A stretch of 64,000 bases of DNA from an uncultured Chloroflexia bacterium (GTDB taxonomy: Bacteria > Chloroflexota > Anaerolineae > Anaerolineales > RBG-16-64-43): the NCBI GenBank assembly GCA_963724345.1, contig CAVRUI010000003.1, positions 1,977,449 through 2,041,448 on the forward strand. The letters are read 5' to 3'. Positions 21,999 to 30,930 of this stretch are shown here, in pieces; position 1 is the stretch's first letter, and every line of letters starts with the position of its first letter. Under the pieces are notes generated by a model. It was not told the DNA's origin and did not search any database. It worked only from the letters and a program-made list of their open reading frames with translations. The position numbers were made by a program, and so were the translations under genes.

Positions 21999-22883
21999 TC
22001 ATTTCTCCGTTATTCTAGGCGTTGAACACAGATAAAGACTATCTGCGAAGTTTATCAGCCAGGGAACACGTTTGCTCATTCTTCTCAGGTGTTCCGATAA
22101 AGCCACTACAGGTTTGTATCGGAGGGGCAACAGCCCGATATCGCTTTTTTGAGAATTCAGGGAAAGATATCCATCGACGGATAAATCCGTCGGCCCAATA
22201 ATACGGGTAAAGGTTTCTTTTAGGTCCGACGGCTTCCAGTATCGCACATCAAATAATTCGGGGTCCCGATTCCTACCCATAATTTGAAATACAATATTGA
22301 CCAATCCGAATAGGTTCGGCATTTGAATTAAAGAGATGCCAGAGGGAGCCAATACCCTGGCAACTTCCTCTAGTGCAATTTTCACATCCAGTTTATCAAA
22401 ATGTTGAAGAACGCTATACGAAAACGCGATGTCAAAACAGTTGTGTGTAAAAGGAAGGTATCTTGCATCCGCGACCAGATAACTCGCGGACACATTCAAG
22501 TGTTTGGCCACTCTGCGCGCCGCCTGGACCGCTTCCAGTGATGGATCTATTCCAACCGGATGGTATCCGGCTCTTGCTGCACTGATGCACCAGCGACCCC
22601 AACTACACCCGATATCGAGAAAATTTTTACCACTGCCTTCGGGCAAACGCAGATCCGGTATCGGATAATGAGTGAATTTTCCGATGAGCGGGATATACAT
22701 AATTCCACACGTTCCAGCGATGATTTTTTGAACAAAGGGATCGATAACACTTCTTTCGAATTCGGTTCCGGAAACCTTAACCGATGGATTATCAGCTGGT
22801 TTCCTCGCGCTTTCCATTGTTCGGTTACATTCCGCATGAGTTGGCTCGGCCTCTTCCAAAAGCATAATTGGAATATCGTCCAC
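21999..22883 (-). CDS. class I SAM-dependent methyltransferase
   Basis: Motif I FLDIGCSWGRW and the downstream acidic and post-II blocks. Intact. Confidence 0.7.
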   Translation of the reverse strand: MDDIPIMLLEEAEPTHAECNRTMESARKPADNPSVKVSGTEFERSVIDPFVQKIIAGTCGIMYIPLIGKFTHYPIPDLRLPEGSGKNFLDIGCSWGRWCISAARAGYHPVGIDPSLEAVQAARRVAKHLNVSASYLVADARYLPFTHNCFDIAFSYSVLQHFDKLDVKIALEEVARVLAPSGISLIQMPNLFGLVNIVFQIMGRNRDPELFDVRYWKPSDLKETFTRIIGPTDLSVDGYLSLNSQKSDIGLLPLRYKPVVALSEHLRRMSKRVPWLINFADSLYLCSTPRITEK

Positions 22884-23133
22884 GAATGGATAGGAATGGC
22901 CCGAGACACAGACAAATCGCCGATTCTTCGAAATGCAATCGGGAATGATCCCGCGGGCACGCGAGATGTTTTTTCAACCAAGGATCCAATCCGGCCGTGT
23001 GTAGACTGTCTGTCGGCATAGTCTGCAACCGTTTTTCACATTCTAGTCCGGGATTATTTTCGATCCATTACCGGTCCTGTATGGAGGTTCAAACACCCTC
23101 CAACTTTCTCCGGAAGATCATCGGCGCGATGGG

Positions 23134-24852
23134 TTATCCAGATCTCTTCCCTTGGACCAGCCAGTGTCCCAATGCCAATTCATCCAACGCGCTGTTCTCC
23201 AAAGTCCAGAGAGCGGTTTGCGGGGTGCCTGCAATGGGGTATCCGTGGATATTAAACGAAGTATTCAATACCCCCCCCACTCCAGTCTGTTTTTGGAATT
23301 GGCGCAGAAGGCGTTGATATCTGGGATTAGAATCGCCGATTGTTTGTGGACGGGCAGTCAGATCGAACGGATGCAGCGCCGCTCCGATCTCATCCGCCTG
23401 CGGTAGGGTATCAAACGCCTCGATCATATACGGCGCCAAACGGGAATCCTTCAGATAGATTTTGCCGGCCTCTTCCAGGATGGACGGGGCGAACGGCATC
23501 CAAAAATCTCTGTGCTTTATTGCATAATTAATTTTTCGAATGACCCGCAAGTCACGGGGGTCCGCCAGAATGCTTCGATTCCCAAGTGCGCGTGGTCCCC
23601 ATTCATCGCGTCCGGAAAAACGAGCGACGATTTTTCCTTCCGAAAGAAGAACCGCGACCGCATCGTCGATCTCCTGGATCCGTTCGGCATAATCCTTCCA
23701 TCCACCCTCCGTGATGACCTGTTCGATTTCCTCGTCGGAATATTCACGGCCGTAATACATATCCGTCATTGGAATTCGCTGCGGAGAAAGCCCCTCCCGT
23801 CTGCAATAGCGGTGATAGCCCTCCAATGCCGCGCCCACAGGCGTGCCGCCGTCATCCGAAGCCGGATAGAAAAACGCACTCTCCACATCCGGTAGCTCAC
23901 GGATTAATTTATTGGCCTTAACATTGAGGAACATTCCCCCAGCGCAGGAGATACGATGTACCCCAGTTTCTCGGATTGCATTGCTCACCCATTGAGTGAC
24001 CAGATCTTCATAATGTTTTTGGCAGGCCGCGGCAATGTTGTCGAATCGCTGACCGGCCAATAGTCTCTTTAATCTGCTTTGTACCTCGGTCGAATAGGCC
24101 CCCAGTGTATTCTGAAATTCCAGTGGTCGATGGGGATGAATGCGTACAATCTTCCGCATTTGATCCAGGCAGATTTCCGCTTGGCCGTACGGCGCCAATC
24201 CCATCACCTTATACTCGTGCTCCCAGCGTTTTAAACCGAGGTACCCTGTCACTTCGCTGTAGAGATTATTCCCCAGGCTGTGAAAAAACGTTGTGGAAGC
24301 GATCCGATCCATCCGGTTGTGGCGGCCGATATTAACTGTCGCGCTGAGATTGTCTCCCGCCCCATCCAAGGTCAGGATCAGGGTTTCGCCTTCCCACGGC
24401 TGCTGATAATAAGCACAGGCCGCATGACTCGTGTGATGGTCAACGAAATGTATCTCCTTCTCTCCCAACTCCAGCTGTTCCAGGACCGCCAGCAATCCGT
24501 CCATTCGCCGGACGAGATGAAATCCTTTAACAAGCAGCTCCGACGCCAAATGGCTTTGAAATAATGGGGCTAGCTTTTTATATATCTGCACCGCTCCCGA
24601 TTGTTCATCCTCAATGGGGGCGGCGGCCCGAACCAGGCAACCCAGTGCTATCAGATCAACTTGCGCAGGGCTGATATTTGCGATGCGAAGGACCTCCCTG
24701 ATCGCGCGCCGGGGAACTCCGCTGTGGTTTTTTTTATTGGTCAACCGCTCTTCCGAAAGGGCCGCGAGGATTCGGCCGTCCTGAATTATCGCCGCCCCCG
24801 CGTTATGCCCGTCATGTATCCCAAGTACGGTGATCCGTCGATCCATGGTCAT
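23134..24852 (-). CDS. carbamoyltransferase (NodU/CmcH family O-carbamoyltransferase)
   Basis: RITVLGIHDGHNAGAAIIQDGRILAALSEER N-terminus plus a long YrdC/Kae1-like C-terminal part. ATGA overlap with the upstream GT2 stop. Confidence 0.75.
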   Translation of the reverse strand: MTMDRRITVLGIHDGHNAGAAIIQDGRILAALSEERLTNKKNHSGVPRRAIREVLRIANISPAQVDLIALGCLVRAAAPIEDEQSGAVQIYKKLAPLFQSHLASELLVKGFHLVRRMDGLLAVLEQLELGEKEIHFVDHHTSHAACAYYQQPWEGETLILTLDGAGDNLSATVNIGRHNRMDRIASTTFFHSLGNNLYSEVTGYLGLKRWEHEYKVMGLAPYGQAEICLDQMRKIVRIHPHRPLEFQNTLGAYSTEVQSRLKRLLAGQRFDNIAAACQKHYEDLVTQWVSNAIRETGVHRISCAGGMFLNVKANKLIRELPDVESAFFYPASDDGGTPVGAALEGYHRYCRREGLSPQRIPMTDMYYGREYSDEEIEQVITEGGWKDYAERIQEIDDAVAVLLSEGKIVARFSGRDEWGPRALGNRSILADPRDLRVIRKINYAIKHRDFWMPFAPSILEEAGKIYLKDSRLAPYMIEAFDTLPQADEIGAALHPFDLTARPQTIGDSNPRYQRLLRQFQKQTGVGGVLNTSFNIHGYPIAGTPQTALWTLENSALDELALGHWLVQGKRSG

Positions 24853-25706
24853 CCTTTCGCAACCCCGCATCGCTCTGCAGGGAGGAACGGTCCCCGGCTA
24901 AGGAGCTTTTGGTAGACCGCCACGGCAGCATGATGATGCAAGGTATGCAGCGCGATGATCCACGGCGATCGAATGTACCGCTTGGCGATGGCCAGTTCCT
25001 CGTCGAACTGCGCGTGATCCGTGGCTCCTGTCTTGGATGCAGCGTGAATTCGAAAACAGGCCAGGGTTCTGGGAAGGTACCCTAGGGGATATCGACCAAT
25101 TATTCGAAGCCAATAATCATAATCCATGGCGTAGTGGAGGGCTTCATCCAAGTAGCCAATCTCTTCGAATACTTCCCGGCGCCAAAAAGTCGCTGGTTGT
25201 GAAATAAAATTAAGCACCGATAGGATTGTCCTGCTTCGAAATGGAAGCCAGAAATCCTTGTAGCGCGCGATCATCCGGCGGATTTCCTTTCCCTCCGAAT
25301 TGATATTCCGGCATCGGCCGGTAAGCCATGCCGCCCGCGGATGGCTCGCAAAAAAAGCGCCGGCATGTGACAGGGCGCCTGGCTCGTACAGATCGTCGGA
25401 ATTTAAATATCCAACCACCTCGCCGGTAGCGATGCGGAACCCTTTGTTTAAGGCGTTCGATTGACCCCGGTCCGGCTCGCTTAGCCATTGGATCCGGTCC
25501 GAAAACCGCCGTAGAATTTCCAAGGTGCCATCCGTGGAGCCGCCGTCCACGACGATATATTCCAGCTCCGGATATTCCTGCATGAGAACCGAATCTATAG
25601 CCTTTTCAATATACTGGCTTTGATTCAGTGAAGGGGTAACGATCGTGATCTTTGGCAATGCTTCGACCATCTGGGAAGCGTGAAACATCCCCCTTTTTAC
25701 TTTCAT
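24849..25706 (-). CDS. GT2 family glycosyltransferase
   Basis: ITIVTPSLNQ...YIVVDGGSTDGT...SDD motifs of the GT-A fold. Start uncertain (25670-25772). Confidence 0.7.
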   Translation of the reverse strand: MKVKRGMFHASQMVEALPKITIVTPSLNQSQYIEKAIDSVLMQEYPELEYIVVDGGSTDGTLEILRRFSDRIQWLSEPDRGQSNALNKGFRIATGEVVGYLNSDDLYEPGALSHAGAFFASHPRAAWLTGRCRNINSEGKEIRRMIARYKDFWLPFRSRTILSVLNFISQPATFWRREVFEEIGYLDEALHYAMDYDYWLRIIGRYPLGYLPRTLACFRIHAASKTGATDHAQFDEELAIAKRYIRSPWIIALHTLHHHAAVAVYQKLLSRGPFLPAERCGVAKG

Positions 25707-25740
25707 ACCTTGTGCACCATTCGGATCCATCCGCATTTTT

Positions 25741-26652
25741 CTACGACGGCCGGTGGTCCCTGGCCGCAACAATTTCCAGGATCAATCCCCGTATGGAATG
25801 GAGCATGATCCCCACAAACAACATCAGCATTCCAATAATCGACAGCAGTACGCAAATCAGCGCGTAGCCGACCGCAAGGTTCCGGGTGGTACGGTAGATT
25901 TCCACCACCCAAGTTCCCCAACCAAGACCGACGGCCAAAATCACCGCTCCCGGGATTCCAAAGAACAGCAACGGACGGTGTTGGCCGATCAGTCGGAGGA
26001 TTCCGTTGATGACCATCATCCCATGTAGAAATACCGATCGCTTGGGGCGGTCCGGATACTGGATGATGATCGGGACTTCCACTATTTTCAGTTCTTTTTG
26101 AGCGGCGAGGAATTGCATCTCCGATTCAACGGAAAAACCATCCGATTCAAAATTGATTTGGTTAAGGGCTTTAGCGGAAAAGGCCCGGAACCCGCTTTGA
26201 GAATCGCTGATGTGCGTGCCGGAAAGCCAGTTAGTAAAGGAATTGAATAACCGGTGACCAACAATCCGATAAACAGGCACCCGGCTTCGCGGTTCTAAGT
26301 ACCGGGATCCTATGACAATATCCGCCTGATCCTCCCGGAGGGGAGCCACAACGGCCGGAATATCCTCCGGCTGGTGCTGGCCGTCTGCGTCAAGCACAAC
26401 AACGGCATGCGCCTTTAATTCCCGTGCTTTTTGAAAACCGCTGTTAAAGGCAGCCCCTTTTCCAAGATTCCTCTCGTGGCTCACCACAACTGCCCCCGCC
26501 GCCAAGGCGATCTCCGCCGTCTCATCTTTGGATCCATCATCCACGACGATCACCGTATCAACATACTTGCGTGCACGGATGACCACGCTACCAATGAATC
26601 GTTCCTCATTGTAGGCTGGGATTATCGCAGCCAGCATATCTAGTCCTCTCAT
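25741..26652 (-). CDS. GT2 family polyprenyl-phosphate glycosyltransferase (DPM1/ArnC-like) with C-terminal TM helices
   Basis: AAIIPAYNEE...VVDDGSKDET...DAD motifs and two C-terminal TM helices. Confidence 0.75.
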   Translation of the reverse strand: MRGLDMLAAIIPAYNEERFIGSVVIRARKYVDTVIVVDDGSKDETAEIALAAGAVVVSHERNLGKGAAFNSGFQKARELKAHAVVVLDADGQHQPEDIPAVVAPLREDQADIVIGSRYLEPRSRVPVYRIVGHRLFNSFTNWLSGTHISDSQSGFRAFSAKALNQINFESDGFSVESEMQFLAAQKELKIVEVPIIIQYPDRPKRSVFLHGMMVINGILRLIGQHRPLLFFGIPGAVILAVGLGWGTWVVEIYRTTRNLAVGYALICVLLSIIGMLMLFVGIMLHSIRGLILEIVAARDHRPS

Positions 26653-26914
26653 TTGTTTCACCCCGCCGGGTGACTAAGAAACACATGTCTTTAGTGCGGG
26701 GGTAACTTCGTGTACTACTAATATACCACCCAGATGGTCAAATCGGAAGAAGTTTACCCGATTGATCCTGATCGAATAATTGCATTAGAATTATGCGGAT
26801 CGTTACAATTACCTTGCTTCTAACCCGCGGTTTGTTGATTTTCCGACCGGCGATCTTAACCTTGACCGTCCCATCCCCTCGTTTTCCCCATTCATCGAGA
26901 TTCTTGGCTGGGAT

Positions 26915-27884
26915 TTATCGTCCAGCCTCCTTTGACTTCTTGCTTTCGGAAACCTTTACCGTCAATTGTTGTCGATAAAATGCTTTTTCCTCCTCAATAA
27001 AAGCTTCTTCCAACTCCTTGTGATCTATATGAAAGCATCCAACATCCAAATAAATGTTCTTGGTTCGCGCATACCGGACTAGGTCGGCGATTTGATCGCA
27101 CGAATTGGTTGAATATGCACCGAGTAAAAATCCGAGGTTATCATAGATGATAGATACGCCGTAACCAAATCCGGTTAATCTCGGTAAAAACGCGGACATC
27201 ATCCTCGCCAAGCGCGGCGATTTTTCTTGGATGATGCTCAAAGAAGATAACCGGCTTGGTTTCAGCAAGAAGTTTCCGTCCTCCCATTAATACTCTTCGG
27301 TCGTATCCTTCCACATCCACTTTCAACAAAGTGGTCTTTTGAAATTTCGGATGCGATTCCAATAGCCGATCCAATGTCGAATACCCGGCGGAGATAGCAG
27401 AGGTGCATATAGCTTCCGATTGGAGGGTAGCGTTTCCACCCTGGATCATCAAGCGATCCTCCCTTTTCGAAACATCATCCGTCAAGAGAGCAAACTCACG
27501 ATCCACAGAAGGATCGGAATGGGTATTATTAGAAAGGAATTCGAAGAATTTCGATTCCCCCTCGATAAGTAGATAAGAATCACCAGAATGGGGATCCGAT
27601 AGACAATAGGAATCTCCGATGTTAGCCCCGACATCGATCATCATCAATGACCCAAGCTGCGCCCGAAGAAAACCGGCAAGTCTGGTGAGATTTCTTGAGT
27701 AGAGAGGGTGGTTCTTCAGAATTATCGGCAGGGGATGGGAGAATGGAAGGGTAATTTTTCGGCCACTAAGCGTGTATTGGACGGCCGGATCAAAACGCTT
27801 CGCAATCCGCATCCTAATCAGATTGAAGAAATGCCAGCGGTATCGATTCTGTCGTGTTGATTGATCGTAGATAAATTGGATCAT
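26915..27884 (-). CDS. FkbM-family methyltransferase. Apparent frameshift within 27141-27268.
   Basis: MIDVGANIGDSY motif in the N-terminal ORF. The C-terminal part (…YLDVGCFHID…) is in another frame. Confidence 0.6.
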
Positions 27885-28098
27885 GTTTATCTTGGCGGAA
27901 TAATCGGTAGTAAATTGCTTCCGGGACAGTCATTCCTCCATGTCGGATTTTAAATATACATTGTACACGAAGTAGGCATGCGAATGAAAACCGGTGCCTG
28001 GTTTATGACGATGATTTGGAAAGCGAACTTGACACGTACCACAGAATCACGGTACCCTTCCCGATTGGCCAAGACAACGGTTTTTTAAGGAAAAGTGG

Positions 28099-28890
28099 AT
28101 GCTTTCCAAGTGGATGTACTACCTCCGTTCCGTCCCCACCCTCCTGGCGGGAGTCCGCAGTTGGGGAAGCGCCGCGCGCCTGCTGGCCGGCCGCCCATCC
28201 GCACCGGTGACGGTGCAGTTGCGCAACGGATGCACCTTCCAGGTCCGCAGCTTCATGGACCTGTGGATCATCAAGGAAACCTGCCTCGACCGCGATTATG
28301 AAAAAGATTTGCCTCATCTCGGCGAGGATTGGACGATCGTCGATATCGGCGCCGGGCTGGGGGATTTTTCCGTGTGCGCGGCCTGGAGGCATCCGGACCG
28401 CAAGATCGCCGCGTTCGAACCCTTCCTCGAATCCTTCGGCCTGCTGCAGGAAAATCTGCGGCTCAACGGCATCCGCAACGTCCAGGCATTCCCGCTGGCC
28501 GTGGGCGCGCGCTCGGGTCCGATGCAGCTTCAGACCACAACCGGCGTGGCCGTCCAGCACAGCACGGCTTCGGCCGGTGTCGTCAACCCGGAAGCCTCTC
28601 TCCCGGTCGAAGGGGTGACCCTGGAAGACGCATTGAAAAAGGCCGGCTTCGCGCGCTGCGATCTGTTAAAGGTGGATTGCGAGGGCGGGGAATATGATAT
28701 TTTCTTCCACACGCCGGAGGAAACGCTACGCAAGATTGACCGCATTGCGATGGAATACCACGACGGCTGCACACCCCACTCGCATTCCGAACTTGCGGAT
28801 TTCCTTCGCGGGCAAGGTTTCTCCGTCACCCTGCGCGATAATCCCGTTCACCGCCAGATCGGTTTCCTGACCGCCGTGCGGCATTCCTGA
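28099..28890 (+). CDS. FkbM-family methyltransferase
   Basis: IVDIGAGLGDFS motif. Intact 263 aa. Divergent from the leftward locus. Confidence 0.7.
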   Translation: MLSKWMYYLRSVPTLLAGVRSWGSAARLLAGRPSAPVTVQLRNGCTFQVRSFMDLWIIKETCLDRDYEKDLPHLGEDWTIVDIGAGLGDFSVCAAWRHPDRKIAAFEPFLESFGLLQENLRLNGIRNVQAFPLAVGARSGPMQLQTTTGVAVQHSTASAGVVNPEASLPVEGVTLEDALKKAGFARCDLLKVDCEGGEYDIFFHTPEETLRKIDRIAMEYHDGCTPHSHSELADFLRGQGFSVTLRDNPVHRQIGFLTAVRHS

Positions 28891-28901
28891 GGACGGCCTA
28901 C

Positions 28902-29577
28902 TTGCATCCCCGTCACCTCCCGCTTCAGGCGGTTGTGTTCGATATGGACGGCGTCCTGATCAATTCCGAGCCCTTCTGGCGCGAATCGGAAATCGAGGTG
29001 TTCGGCCGCAACGGCCTCCACCTTACCGAAGCGGATTGCATCCTGACCACGGGAATGCGGATCGGGGAAGTGACCCGTTATTGGTATGAACGCCGGCCGT
29101 GGAACGGCCCGCAGCCGGAGATCCTCGCCGGGGAAATCCTGCGCGGCGTGATCCGCCGGGTTCAACGAGCGGGGAACCGCCATGCCGGGTTTGCATCAGG
29201 CCATCCGGCTGTTCCAATCCCATGGATTTCGCCTGGCGCTGGCTTCCTCCTCCGCCCTGTCGCTCATCGACGCGGTGATCGACCGCTTGGAGCTGCGTCC
29301 GAAATTTGAAGCGATCTGTTCGGCGGAGAACGAACCCCGCGGGAAGCCGCATCCGGATGTCTATCTCTCCGCGGCCGAAAAGCTCGGCCTCGCGCCCGGG
29401 ATGTGCCTGGCAGTCGAAGATTCGATCGCCGGCATGCAGGCCGCCAAAGCCGCCGGGATGAAATGCATCGCCATCCCCCTGCCCGAATTGCGCTCCGATC
29501 CCCGCTATTCCCCGGCTGATTTGATTTTAGATTCGTTGACTCAGATTACGGATGGGATTTTGGATTCTCTCTGGTAA
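28902..29577 (+). CDS. HAD-superfamily hydrolase (beta-phosphoglucomutase/phosphatase-like). Apparent frameshift near 29165-29185.
   Basis: VVFDMDGVLINSE (motif I) in the first ORF. Motifs III/IV (KPHPDVY...VEDSIAGMQAAKAAGM) are in the second ORF in another frame. Confidence 0.6.
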
Positions 29578-29635
29578 TCACCCGGGCTTTATGCCGTAAT
29601 TTCCGCCGAGGCTGAAGCTCCGAGCTCTTTGCCGT

Positions 29636-29665
29636 GCCCGGCTGATGCCGGGCTTCATTAATAAA
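29636..29665 (+). terminator. probable intrinsic terminator after the HAD gene
   Basis: gcccggc-tgat-gccgggc hairpin followed by a T/A-rich tract. Confidence 0.4.
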
Positions 29666-29807
29666 GGGATGTATTAATACCATCTACTTTTAAATCATCT
29701 TCTATATAATCGATTGGTTTCCCAATCGTTCATTGTCGGTTTTCCCATCGTCTATCGTCCATCGTCCATCGTCGGTTTTCCGATGGTCGACCGTCGATGG
29801 TCGATGG

Positions 29808-30930
29808 TCAGATAGTTTTCTCATACATCCGGTGCATCTTGTAGAAATCGATCCCCAATTCCCGCAACTCCCGCTGCATCTTGTCGTTTTCCACTCCCAC
29901 CTGGACAATATCGGCGTGTTCGAATTTTCCTGTGCGAAGGCTTTTGGCCATCTCGTCGAACAGGATCGCCGTGCCGCCCAAGCCCCGGTATTTTTCGACG
30001 ATCCCCGCGCCGTTGAGGTTCACCCACTTGGTACGGCGCAGCTCGAGCAGCAGATCGATCCATCCGAATGGGAACAGCCGCCCGCGCGTCCGCTGCAGCG
30101 CGGCGGAAATGTCCGGGTAGGCGAAAACGAATCCCACCAATTCGTCGCCCTTGGCGATCAGCTTGATCAGCCGCGGATCGGCAAACCACAGAATCTGATC
30201 CGCCATCGCGCGCGCCTCGTCGTCGGTCAAGGGCGTGTTGCCGGTCGTGCCGGAGAGCGAATCGTTGTACAGCTTCTGCAGCCGCGGGACGACCTTGGCC
30301 AGGTCGCGACGCGATCGAAACGTCAGGATCCGCAAACCACGCTTGCGTTGGACGAGTTCCGCCACCCGGTGGATGTGTTCGGGCAGCTGCGCGTTCCTTC
30401 CGAAATATCCGGAAACAACGTCCCCCGTCCCGCGGAAGCCGTTTTCTTCCAGCAACCGCGGATAGTATGGAAAGTTGTACGGGATGCCGAGTGCCGGACG
30501 GTGCTCGAACCCGCGCACCAGCATTCCCATCCCATCCAGCGCGGTAAATCCCTTTGGCCCCCACAGACGGTTCAATCCGCGCGCGCGGGCCCATCCGGCC
30601 GCCGCATCGAACAGCATCTTCGCCGCGTGCGGAATCGTCTTCGCATTCGAACAGGCAGAAGAACGCCGTGCGTTCACGGTTGAACTCGTTGTAGTGCCGG
30701 TTGTCGAGAACGGCGATGCGGCCGACGGCGCGGCCGGCGTCCCCGTGTACAAGAAAAAACGCCGCATCCGAATGCCGGTAGAACGGGTGCCGCCTGCGGT
30801 CCAGCATCAGCGCGGCGTCGGATGCCAACGGCGGCACCCATTGCGGACAGTCCCGGTATAGAAAGAAAGGCAGGTCGAGGAATTCCCCGGCCTGCCTTTT
30901 ATTTCCCGGATCCAATCGGACGATTTTCAC
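29808..30930 (-). CDS. GNAT-like N-acyltransferase, approximately 370 aa. Apparent frameshift near 30615-30630.
   Basis: The N-terminal ORF (…RIAVLDNRHYNEFNRERTAFFCLFECE) and the C-terminal ORF are overlapping halves in different frames. Confidence 0.5.

Noticed and set aside
26660-26915. Possible small RNA in the 250-bp gap between the GT2 gene and the FkbM methyltransferase
   Set aside because: It is AT-rich with promoter-like words but has no conserved-looking structure or terminator. It is most simply the promoter region of the leftward operon.
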